Shown here piece by piece: positions 50,422 to 63,400 of a stretch of DNA of 64,000 nucleotides. Numbering within the stretch: position 1 is the stretch's first letter; every line of letters starts with the position of its first letter. The translations under genes were made by a program, and so were the position numbers. Source of the DNA: Octopus sinensis (Eukaryota); contig NC_043024.1 of NCBI RefSeq assembly GCF_006345805.1, positions 18,600,001 to 18,664,000 on the forward strand, read 5' to 3'. Below the pieces are notes generated by a model that saw only the letters and a program-made list of their open reading frames with translations, was not told the DNA's origin and searched no databases.

Positions 50422-50454
<33 letters not shown>

Positions 50455-50930
50455 GATGGTGGTGGTAATGGTGATGATGATAATGATGATGACAATGATG
50501 ATGATGACGATGATGATGACGATGACTATAATGATGATGATGGTGATGGTGGTAATGGTGATGATAATAACGATGATGACAATGGTGATAATGACAACTA
50601 TGATGATGATGATGATGATGATGACTATAATGATGATGGTGGTGGTGGTGGTAATGGTGATGATGATAATGATGATGACAATGGTGATGATGACAACTAT
50701 GATGATGATGATGATGATGATGACTATAATGATGATGGTGGTGGTGGTGGTGGTAATGGTGATGATGATAATGATGATGAAAATGATGATGGTGACAACT
50801 ATGATGATGATGACGATGATGATGATGATGATGACTATAACGATGATGATAGTGGTGATGATAATGGTGATGATGATAACGATGATGACAATGGTGATGA
50901 TGACAACTATGATGATGATAATGATGATGA
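50200..50930. repeat. (GAT)n/(GGT)n compound microsatellite seeded at a family C tail
   Basis: Directly follows ..GACATTAAATGATG, the family C 3' end. Confidence 0.9.
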
Positions 50931-51349
50931 GATCAGTACATATTTCAGTCTGCTGCTTATACTGTGACCAGTGATGTATAAAAGACATCTGATGTCTGAG
51001 AGTCTGGTCGATAAAGAAGCTCCGAAAAAAAACCCAGGCAGGAGAATCATTTGGCTTCAGAATATGGAATTTTCTTCGATCAAAAGAAGACCAAGGAAAA
51101 TTCCAATGAGATCACACAGATTTGACAAAGTAGGAATAATTTCTAAATTACAGAACTTAAAGAACTGGCATCCAAACCAAACTACACACAAAGCAGACAT
51201 CAAATCACTGCAAATATTGGTAAAAGAGAAGAGAAACAAAAAAACTTTTGTTTTCCAAAGACCAAAATTAACATGCAAAATATAGGAGACATGCACTAGA
51301 AATTGCTGTGCAGCATTCATAACAAAATAAAAAACAAAAACACTTAATA

Positions 51350-51350
51350 A

Positions 51351-51409
<59 letters not shown>

Positions 51410-51440
51410 TATATATATAAATAAAAATAAAAATAAGTAT

Positions 51441-51494
<54 letters not shown>

Positions 51495-51699
51495 CATATA
51501 TATATATACATATATATATATGTATATGTGTGTATATATATATGTATTTATATATTACATTTATATATATACATATATATATGTGTATATGTGTGTGCAT
51601 GTAAATGAGTTTGTATATATATATGCATGTATATATACATATGTAGATATATTATGTACATACATGTTATATATATATATATATATATCTATATATATA

Positions 51700-51746
<47 letters not shown>

Positions 51747-52366
51747 TAATATTATGTATGTATATAGTATACATACACATGAACACATATATATGCATAC
51801 ATACATATATATTATATATGTATATATAATATATATTATACATATATATATATAGATAAACATTATAATAAAAATCTCAATATTGACAATGCAATCAAGA
51901 AAGAGAAGTTTCGAAAGTAACAGGAAGTTTACAGATAAAAGATAAAAGAATTATATTTAAAATATAGATTTATAAAACTAGATATGCATGTGTGTACACA
52001 GTGTATATATATGTATGTAGCTGAGAGTGTTTGTAGATATATGAGCATTTATGGCTCTTTATTTATCTGTTTGTGTTTATCAGGAAGCGTCAGTTTGTGT
52101 ATATATTCATGCAAGTTGTTGGGCAGAGATGCACCTACATAGGTATACGTGTTTGCCGTAATGTCTGTTTGTTTAAAAGAGGAAGGTAGGGGAAGGAAAG
52201 CAGACAGAAATATTGATATGAAGAGACGGATCTGGTAGGTACTTATAAGCAAATACAGATGATTATATATAAGTATACAAATTGATGACATTTGCATATT
52301 TGTGTATAAATCTGTGTCTGGACGTGTCCTTGCACATATGTATGTATGTGTGTGAGTGTTCTTAGG

Positions 52367-52401
<35 letters not shown>

Positions 52402-52470
52402 GTTATATATGTATTTGTATACTATTATGTTTGTATGTACATATATCTATATCTGTATGTACATATAAAT

Positions 52471-52510
<40 letters not shown>

Positions 52511-52954
52511 ATGTGTGTGTATTTTTGTGTGGGTAAATGTCCCTATTTACCTTTTCTTAATTATTTATGGACCTGTCTGTCTATCTGTGTATCTATTGGG
52601 AGTCTTTATATCTCTATCTATCTACTATCTATCTATCTATCTATCTCTATTTGTTGTCTGTCATATCTGTATATAATCTACACACACACACATATGAATA
52701 TATATATTCTATTATATATATATATATATATACACATACATATAAATGCACACACACACGTATTAAATATATGCATATACATGTATATATATATACACAT
52801 ATAATAACACACAGATATCTACATATATATTGATAGATTGATAAAGAGATACAAATTTATATATAAACATATTTGTATATATATATATAAATACATTTAT
52901 ATACATACATACATACATACATACATATGTACATACATACATGCATATATATAC

Positions 52955-53001
<47 letters not shown>

Positions 53002-53491
53002 ATATATATTTATATGTATGTATGTATGTATGTGTGTATTTATATACACACCACTGTTATCTCTACCTGCTATGGTCCAGAGATGTAATGTATAGTTATG
53101 GAAGGAAATCAAAGACATAATCTATTACACACACGACATTTATATTATTCATAAGACAAGTGACAGATAAACTATGGAACAATATCAAAGATATAATCTA
53201 TTTTAGATGCATTTATATTATTTACGCTATTTGTAAGACAATTGATTGGGAAATAACTATATTTTAAGTTAAGTTCAATACATACATAGAAACATACATA
53301 CATACATGCATATATACCTACATATATACCTATATATATATATATACATATATGTATATTTATATATACATACATTTATGTATATAACCATACATATATA
53401 CACACATATATATATATACATTTATATATATGTACACACGTGTATATATGATTATATATTTACACACATATGTAGATAATATACATAATCT

Positions 53492-53533
<42 letters not shown>

Positions 53534-53793
53534 TCATCATCATCATTTAGCATCCGTTTTCCATGCTAGCATGGGTTATGTATATATATATATATATATA
53601 TTATAAGGAGAATTCACGAAAAAAACAAAAGACAAAGACAGGTGGTGTAGAAAACAAACAGATGTATTAGTATAACGCTCAGGAATTGAAAAAGTCTTTA
53701 ACATTTCGACCTTACGCTCTTCCACAGAAAGGGACACAGAAAGAAACAAGGAGAGAAAAAAAATGTGTGTAGTGGCTACCGATCTATCATGGC

Positions 53794-53832
<39 letters not shown>

Positions 53833-54052
53833 TATATGATATGTATATATATATGTATGTAATATGTATATATGTATGTATATATTATATGTGTATATAT
53901 AATATATATATATATGTATGTATATATATATATTATGTATGTATATATATATGTATGTATGTTGTGATGTATGTATGTATGTATGTATATATGTATATAT
54001 ATATATATATGTATGTATATATATGTATATATATATATGTATATATATAGTA

Positions 54053-54097
<45 letters not shown>

Positions 54098-54122
54098 ATA
54101 TATATGCATGTATATATATATG

Positions 54123-54163
<41 letters not shown>

Positions 54164-54250
54164 GTATGTATATGTATATATATATATGTATGTATGTATG
54201 TATATGTATATATATATGTATGCATATATATATATATATATATAAACATT
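51350..54250. repeat. Extended (TA)n/(TATG)n/(CA)n low-complexity region
   Basis: Read directly; short unique islands are interspersed. Confidence 0.9.
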
Positions 54251-54770
54251 TTTAAAAGAGTGCATTAAAATTTATACACAGAAAGAAGACCACCATGTGG
54301 ACTTCATACATGCTAAAGAGAGCAGTCAAATCCCAAACTACGAGAAAACGCTCTTATCTATGGCACACTGCTTGTAGGCAAGCATGACACTTGAATGAAT
54401 AAAAATCTTAGTCAAACCTATAACCATGAGTTTCCCCATTAATGATCAAATAAATCAATTAATTAATTAATTAGCCCTCTGCAGCTCGTCAGTAGAATCA
54501 CTGGAAAATGTATAATTATGAAACTGTAATACATATCAAAAACACAAAATAAACCCATGTGCATTTTGTTCCATCTTTATACATCAAGAATTCAAATCAA
54601 ATGTCCCCAACCAACGTGCCAAGTCAGAATAGTACAGCAGTGAATAAATTCAACCATGTATTACTTGGCTGAAGGATTAAAATCTTTAACTGCATAAATA
54701 CAAGGGTAAAAATTATTAAAATAATGATTTATATCAGTGGCTAGCATACGTAATAAAAGTCAGTAGATAT

Positions 54771-55191
54771 ACTCTTTACTTTACACTTTTACTCTTTTAC
54801 TTGTTTCAGTCATTTGACTGCGGCCATGCTGGAGCACCACCTTTAATCGAGCAAATCGACCCTGGGACTTATTCTTTGTAAGCCCAGTACTTATTCTATT
54901 GGTCTCTTTTGCCGAACCGTTAAGTGACGGGGACATAAACACATCAGCATCAGTTGTCAAGCAATGCTAGGGGGACAAACACAGACACACAAACATACAC
55001 GTACATACATATATATACATATATACGACGGGCTTCTTTCAGTTTCAGTCTACCAATTCCACTCACAAGGCTTTGGTCAGCCCGAGGATATAGCAGAAGA
55101 CACTTGCCCAAGGTGCCACGCATTGGGACTGAACCCGGAACCATGTGGTTCGTAAGCAAGCTAATTACCACACAGCCACTCCTACGCCTAT
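54771..55191 (-). mobile_element. SINE family A inserted in one arm of an inverted repeat
   Basis: Alignment to other copies; flanks rejoin to match the reverse complement of 55340-55472. Confidence 0.85.
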
Positions 55192-55767
55192 ATAAATATT
55201 TTTACATTATAAGAGTGTATAAAAATTTATACATGGAGAGGCGACCACCATAAAAAAGCATTCTGGGTTGGAAACATTCTTATTTATGGCACATTGCTTT
55301 GGGATTTGACTGCCCTCTTTAGCATGTAAGAAGTCCACATGGTGGTCTTCTCACTGTGTATAAATATTTATACAGTCTTATATTATAAAATTATTTATGT
55401 CTACTGACTTTTATTACACATGCTAACCACACGTATAAATTGTTATTTTAATAATTTTTACCCTTGTATTTATATATATACTTACCCAAGGAAAAAGCAA
55501 AGGAGCCGATACAACTTGGCACCTGTGACGTCGTAACTCATTTCTACAGCTGAGTAAACTGGAACATCGTGAAATAAAGTGTCTTGCTCAAGAACACAAC
55601 ATGCAACCTGGTCTGGGGTTCGAACTCACAACCTCATGATCGTCAGTTCGATGCTCTAACCACTGAGCCATGTTTATACATAGATATATGTACATATAAA
55701 TACACACACATATATATATATATATATATGCTTGTGTGTGTGTGTGTATGTATATATGTATGTAACA

Positions 55768-55998
55768 AGGTGGCGAGCTGGCAGAAACGTTAGTGCGCCG
55801 GGCGAAATGCTTAGCGGTATTTCATCTGTCGTTACATTCTGAGTTCAAATTCCGCCGAGGTCGACTTTGCCTTTCATCCTTTCGGGGTCAATAAGTTAAG
55901 TACCAGTTTCGCACTGTGGTCGATGTAATCGACTTAATCCCTTTGTCTGTCCTTGTTTGTCCCCTCTATGCTTAGCCCCTTGTGGGTAGTAAAGAAAT
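55768..55998 (+). mobile_element. SINE family B, full length
   Basis: AAGGTGGCGAGCTGGCAGAAACGTTAG..GAGTTCAAATTCC..GGGTAGTAAAGAAATA. Confidence 0.85.
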
Positions 55999-56044
55999 AC
56001 ATATATATGTATGTATGTATATATATATATATTATATATATATA

Positions 56045-57268
56045 TATATACACACATACATACACGCACAAACACACATATACACCTATCTGTTCCTGTC
56101 TTTTGCTTTCCCTCTGTGCATTTATTATATATTTTTTAACTTATAACATATATAGATATATATATATGTTTAACCAGTTAACCCATCGTCAGACTGTGCT
56201 ATAGCTGAGTCCATCTTGGCTTTGTACAGAAAATTTTAACTTAACAAAGACTTAATCTCACTAAACATTTATACATTCTTCAAACCTCACCAACAGAAGT
56301 AATCAGTAAAATTTATTATTAATATATCATATAAAGAGAATTACTTTAAAAGCAACACTAAACAATGGAGAATTATTATCAGGTATAGTTACTATCTAAT
56401 TGTTTTAAATCTAATAAGCCTTCTATCTTGCACTTGCTTAAAACTTCACCAAATGCCTGTGGCAGTGAACAGCGAAATAAATTTTTAAGAAGTCCGACCA
56501 CTTTGATATAAAGTTTTAAAAGCTGTATTCATCATGATAGCTATTTTCAAGATGCTTATGTATATATATATAATATTATATATATATATATATATATGAT
56601 ATGCACACACACATATTTATATATACACACACACAACATATATATATATGTACATATTTGCGTCTATATATATGTATGGATTATATACCTATATATATAT
56701 ATACATATATACATATGTGAGGTTTAGTTTGGTATGTGTGTATATATATATATACATATATATATACACACATACATACACGCACAAACACACATATACA
56801 CCTATCTGTTCCTGTCTTTTGCTTTCCCTCTGTGCATTTATTATATATTTTTAACTTATACCATATAGAGATATATATATATGTTTAACACAGTAACCCA
56901 TCGTCAGACTGTGCTTACGCTGAGTCCATCTTGGCTGGTACAGAAAATTTTAACTTAACAAAGACTAATCTCACTAAACATTTATACATTCTTCAAACCT
57001 CACCAACAGAAGTAATCAGTAAAATTTATTATTATATATCATATAAGAGAATTACTTTAAAAGCAACACTAAACAATGGAAAATATTATCAGATATAGTT
57101 ACTATCTAATTCTTTTAAATCTAATAAGCCTTCTATCTTGCACTGGCTTAAAACTTCACCAAATGCTGTGGCAGTGAACAGCGAAATAAATTTTTAGAAT
57201 CCGACCACTTTGATATAAAGTTTTAAAAGCTGTATTCATCATGATAGCTATTTTCAAGATGGCTTATG
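56045..57268 (+). repeat. ~510-bp direct duplication (56045-56560 versus 56761-57268)
   Basis: The copies are collinear and differ mostly by 1-bp indels. Confidence 0.9.
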
Positions 57269-57494
57269 TATATAATATATATACACATACATACCTACAT
57301 ATGAGTAGAGATATAAATATACATATACATACATATGTATTCTTGTGTGTGTATCGTGTGTGCACGTATATGTATATATGTATCTATATATCTCTATCTA
57401 TCTATATATATACACACACACACACACATATGCAATGTCTATGATATAATGTATATGTCTATATATATATACATACATACATACACACACAAGG

Positions 57495-57525
<31 letters not shown>

Positions 57526-57528
57526 TAC

Positions 57529-57563
<35 letters not shown>

Positions 57564-58443
57564 CATACATACACTATATATATATGTATATATATACATA
57601 TATATGCATCTATGAATATGTGTGTGTGTTTGTGTATGTGTGTGATTATTGATATCTCTGTGTGTGCACATACGTGTGTGTGTACGTGTAACTTTAACAG
57701 TCTTAGACTACACTTCAGTGTAATTCAATGTGTTTGGAATTTCACCAAATTGAATATTAGATTCTTTCTGAAATGTCTTTTAATCCAGTTTGGTTTTCAT
57801 TCAAAGGAAATCAGATTTTCTTGTAAAATTCTAATCAGTCTAAGATAATTCCTGGCCATTAGTCGTTAATAGTATTTCGTCTTTTTTCATTTATTTTAAA
57901 TATTAGATTAACATTTTTCGTTGCGAGAGAAGTAAGTAATAGGTTAATAGTCTTATTTGTTGCTGCTACTGTTGTTCTTGTATAACCCCAGGTCATCTTG
58001 GATAGGATGAGTCTATTGTTAATTTTATCGTAAATTTTTTTTTTCCGCTTTTTCAGTCATTAGTCTGCGGTTATAAGTAACTGATTCTTCTACATTTTTT
58101 TACCCAAAGCCTGGAATTTTCAACCCTCCTTCATACACACACACACACACACACATACACACGCACACACAGCAATAAGAAAATCGAGGGGATCAATAGG
58201 TGGTTCATCAACTTTTAGACATTATATTATGTTAACTTATTTATAACTGATTATTGTGTATGCTTATAAATGCAAATATGTATGTACATTTCAGTATATA
58301 TATAAGTATGTATGTATATGTACATCTATATATATAAGTATTTAAATGTGTGTGTATTTTTATTTATTTTATTTTATTTTATTTTATTTCATTTTATATT
58401 TATTTATAACTTAACATTATGTACTTTATAATCTCTGATGAAG

Positions 58444-58490
<47 letters not shown>

Positions 58491-59307
58491 GTCTACTTCA
58501 CTTCTTTTATTATTATTATTAGACAATGCATTGAGCTAGCAGAATTGTTAGTATGCTGGGCAAAATGTTTAGTACCATTTCATCCATGTATACACACACA
58601 CATACACACATGCTTATAAGATAACGATATAATCATAAAATGATTTTATCAGTAGCCTAGCACTTAAAAATGACTATATTGGTAACATTAATTTTTTTTA
58701 TGTATATAGTTAAGGGCTATTGGAAATGACCAGAGCCAATGCTAGAAATAGGTGTCAAATACCTACAATCCACTCTATAATTTGTTCTCTATATAGAGAT
58801 TTACACAGGAAATGTATGTATACATTGGTATCTGTGAGTGAATTTCCCAGTGAGTATGTTATTTCCCATTTATATATAAATGGTTTATTCTACTGAAGAT
58901 TGAAAAGCAATTTTTTGCAGAGCATGAAATTTGACGTATAGGATTAACCAATATTTTTGGATTTTCTTGCTTATTCCCTTGTGTTTGTACCTCATCATCA
59001 TCATCATCATCGTTTAACATCCTTTTTCCGTGCTAGCACAGGTTGGATATAGAGAACACTGTAGAGTGGATTGTAGGTATTTGACACCTATTTCTAGCAT
59101 TGGTGCTGATCATTTCTACTAGCCCTTAACTATAATTATATCTTCATAAATTATATACATAAATATATATATGTAATTGTTATATATGAAATAATCTGTA
59201 TGTCAAAGTCAACTTCGATGAAATTTGAACTCAAAAACATAATGACAGACAAACTACAATCAGGCATTTCACCCGGTATGCTAACGTTTCTGCCAGCAAT
59301 ATAATTG

Positions 59308-59344
<37 letters not shown>

Positions 59345-59566
59345 TATAGAGACAAAACCACTATTTTGCAAAACAAACAAGGAAAGACTTAATCAATACA
59401 TAAAATTTTAATAATAGTCAAAAAAACCGCCACTACATTGTTACTTGTCTTGATCGACAATCTCAGGTGGACTTCCAATAAGTCAGTTTCAAATTATGTA
59501 TATATGTATATATGTATATATGTATATATGTATATAACATGTATATATGTATATAATGTATATATG

Positions 59567-59662
<96 letters not shown>

Positions 59663-59665
59663 TAC

Positions 59666-59760
<95 letters not shown>

Positions 59761-59875
59761 ATATATATATATATATAATATTTGGCGCGAGTGCGATGAT
59801 TTGAAAATTTTAGGTCAGATATTGCCGAGGCAGGGTCGGAAATGCCTCGTGAAAATATCTGTTCCGACTTGGCTA

Positions 59876-59977
59876 TTCTTACTGATGAATCTAAGGGCCT
59901 ATGGAAGATTGGCTTGATTTAATTTAATCAGGTTAGTTTACCATTGAACAGTAGATGAAACGGTGCTCGTATAAGAA
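59876..59977 (+). ncRNA. Complete type I hammerhead ribozyme motif
   Basis: UUCUUA CUGAUGA AUCUA[..]UAGAU GAAAC GGUGCUC GUA UAAGAA; all core nucleotides present; perfect 6-bp stem I and 5-bp stem II base. Confidence 0.8.
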
Positions 59978-60162
59978 ATTACAGGGTAAATGTTTTTTAA
60001 TTTTCTCCTGGTTTACGGAATTGATGTTTATTTGCGGTTTGAAGCTTTGGCTGTTATTTCTAGTGGGTGAATGCCTATTATGGCCGTTCTTGATTGTGAT
60101 GATATAATATATATTGTAATATATATATATATATATATATGTATAATATATATATATATATA

Positions 60163-60197
<35 letters not shown>

Positions 60198-60310
60198 TGT
60201 ATGTATATATATATTATATATATATATACATATATAGCATATATATATATATATTATATATGTATATATATAATATAGTATATATATATATCTATATATC
60301 TATATATATA

Positions 60311-60344
<34 letters not shown>

Positions 60345-60370
60345 TATAACATATATATATATACATAATA

Positions 60371-60401
<31 letters not shown>

Positions 60402-60525
60402 ATATATATATATATATATATAATATATATATATGTATGTAATTGTAAAGAGGGCAACAAGCGTTAAGGCAAGGCAAACATCTCAAGTCATATATTATTA
60501 TTATTATTATTGGAAAAAATTCAAA

Positions 60526-60564
60526 GTCTTACAGCTGTTTCTGGGATATTCCATCATCAGAGAC
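60526..60564 (-). ncRNA. Minimal type I hammerhead ribozyme motif
   Basis: GUCU CUGAUGA UGG-AAUAUC-CCA GAAAC AGCU GUA AGAC; palindromic ACAGCUGU stem III. Confidence 0.78.
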
Positions 60565-61853
60565 AAATAGAGAAAATGAGAAGAAACAGCAGTATGACTG
60601 AATTTTTTTGTAATCATAATGTGTATGACTTGAGATGTTTGCCTTGCCTTAACATTTGTTGTCCTCTTTAACATTTATATATCAGAAATTTGTAATGGTC
60701 CATAACTACTATCTTGGGTACAACCTTGGAGCCCTAGTAATCCATTACAGAACATACCTACTGTTCCTAAACCCCCATACTTTGTACATCTATTATATAA
60801 AATCTGTTCTGTCTGTGTGTGTCTTGTAGGATCTCGGGCATCCTCCATCTGATTGCACTTAAATTTGATATGTAGATACCGACAGTATCAGGGCATGTAT
60901 AAGTCTTGAAAAAATTACAAAAATCGATTCCAAGTGAGGATGCGATCGATAAAGCCGTGGGAACGTGCGGTTGAATGCGCAAGTACATCAGCTGTTGCAA
61001 TCAATAATACGTGTATGCGAGAAAAATGCATGTGTAGTTTGTGCAAAAAAAGAAAAGACCCGGCTGGTTTGAAATAATGCCACAAACTGCAGTATATTTA
61101 AGAGACCAAAAAAGTAAGATGCAAAGGAGATATTTTCTTCAAACTTGGCATGAAGGAAGGACAGACTATTTGGTTTCTCAAGAAGTTTTTTTTTTGCCTT
61201 AACCTCGTTTAACAAAACCAAAAATTTTATTGAAATAAAGGCATGCTTAAGGCTGCACTCCACCAGCTTTCCATGCCCTTGAACATCCCGTAAAGTAAGT
61301 TAGCTTAAAATTAGTTACTTAGTTCCCTAGGTTGTTGCTTTTCATCAAAAATAGCCCCAAGTTGATTTCTTACATGTTTTATCGGATAAACTTATTGTCC
61401 CAGGTACGTTCTCATAAATTCATCATGCTTTTCCATCTAGATTTACCTCCAGCTAACCCATTTGCATGCATCGTTTTTGTCCTGCTTTTCTTCCGTCAAC
61501 CTTTACATAACTGCACCTTCCATTTTTTGTTGTTTTTGTACTGCTTAAAGGCACGTTTCTTTCCTGCCAAGCTTACTGTTTGAACCATGTCTGTGTTCTC
61601 CCAGTCAACAGCCTTATCATTACTGGTACTTTAAACTCTTCGGTTGCATATTTGTGTGAATAAAATCGTTTTTCTTTGGAATAGAAAAAAAGTCTATCTT
61701 TATTTCTTCTTTTGCTGGTGTCTCAAATTTAGGTTAAATCAGTGTTTCTCAAAGGGGATGCCTATGGGACGGTTGGACAAGTTGTTTTGATAAAATTTGG
61801 TTTAAATGTTTGACAACTCAGCACCATCCATTAGGCGGGGGGGGGGCTTTTGG

Positions 61854-61889
<36 letters not shown>

Positions 61890-62067
61890 ATCCAAACATG
61901 AATAAGCAAGAGAAAACAACAACACGAGGACATGGAATAAGTACAGTGTTATTGGAAGCTCAGGAAAAGAAAGGAAAGAAAGAGGACTCCAAGTTTCGAG
62001 CGGAGCTCAAAAAATTCCAAAGAAGGGAAAATGAAGAAAGAAAATCGCCAACGATACACACGTTGTC

Positions 62068-62262
62068 GTGGATGCTGAAAAGTTCTTGGTTTTAAAGGTA
62101 TTGCAAAAAGCCAGGCTGGAGGCCCAACATTTTGAGTTCTTTTACTGGGCTTAGTAAAATGGAAGGACCACTGCAATAAGTGTATGAATCTGAGAGAGGA
62201 ATATGTTGAATAAAATCATAATTAACTGATCCTCCTCTATTTTCTTTTATCCAAATTTATGA
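62068..62262 (+). mobile_element. mariner-derived MITE
   Basis: TIR-like CGTGGATGCTGAAAAGTTC / GAACTTTTCAACGTCCATTCA|TA; retains the transposase end KCMNLREEYVE-stop. Confidence 0.6.
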
Positions 62263-63000
62263 ACTTTTCAACGTCCATTCATATATGAAGAAAGCACAAC
62301 AATTAAAGAGTTAAGAGTTAAAGCTCTCCAACCATGGCCATTTTACTATATATTCTGACTGTGAATACGTGATTTAATGTAGATTATTGGAGGAAATACA
62401 GATTACGTTGTAAAGCTGTTTGTTGCAACGCACCTCATTATGAAGACCAACATTTGCTTTTCCTTCATTGATTTGAAATGCTTTCCTTATAAAACGAACA
62501 ATAAAGAATAAGAATTAATTTAATTAAAACTTTGGAACTGATAACAGTTACAAAAGACTAATCATATGCCATTGAAGTGCAACATTTTGTACTGATATCT
62601 GAAGGTGTTAAAACCATACGACATGGTTAACAGCTAGAATAATTAACCCTTTTCACTAAAATATTCCTCTTCAAATACTCTCTCTTTGATTTAATTATTT
62701 TTGAAAATAAAAATGAAATCATTAAGATAACTTTATTAATATTAAGCTAGTATTTGGATCATAAATTAACATAGCAATGTTATACAATGGGAGATTTTAA
62801 TTTAAACCATTTTGTTTGTGTCACAGAACCAGGAAAGATCTCAGATGAGTTGATAATAAAAAAATTAAGGGTTCACATTTTTTTTTCATATTTCTGTTGA
62901 AATATACTGACTTTATTTCAATTAATTTAGAAAATGACGAAGAATTCAACAAAATAATTTTGTCCTTATTAAGCTGGTGTTTGGAATATAAATTAATACA

Positions 63001-63400
63001 GGAGGAGTGGCTGTGTGGTAAGTAGCTTGCTAACCAACCACATGGTTCTGCATTCAGTCCCACTGCGTGGCATCTTGGGCAAGTGTCTTCTGCTATGGCC
63101 CCGGGCCGACCAATGCCTTGTGAGTGGATTTGGTAGACGGAAACTGAAAGAAGCCTGTCGTATATATGTATATATATATATATATGTGTGTGTGTGTTTG
63201 TGTGTCTGTGTTTGTCCCCCTAGTATTGCTTAACAACCAATGCTGGTGTGTTTACGTCCCCGACACTTAGCAGTTCGGCAAAAGAGACCGATAGAATAAG
63301 TACTGGGCTTACAAAGAATAAGTCCCGGGGTCGATTTGCTCGACTAAAGGCGGTGCTCCAGCATGGCCGCAGTCAAATGACTGAAACAAGTAAAAGAGTA
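63001..63400 (+). mobile_element. SINE family A, full length
   Basis: Head GGAGGAGTGGCTGTGTGG through the GTAAAAGAG tail. Confidence 0.85.

Noticed and set aside
56150-56200. CUGACGA on minus in the duplicated segment
   Set aside because: G12 is absent (UAAAC); stem II and stem I are unconvincing.
60790-61760. Helitron-like 5' start (a|TCTATTATATAAA) followed by short ORFs and a hAT-like CAGTGTTTCTCAA
   Set aside because: No matching 3' CTAG hairpin or second TIR was found and the peptides are unrecognised, so no call can be supported.
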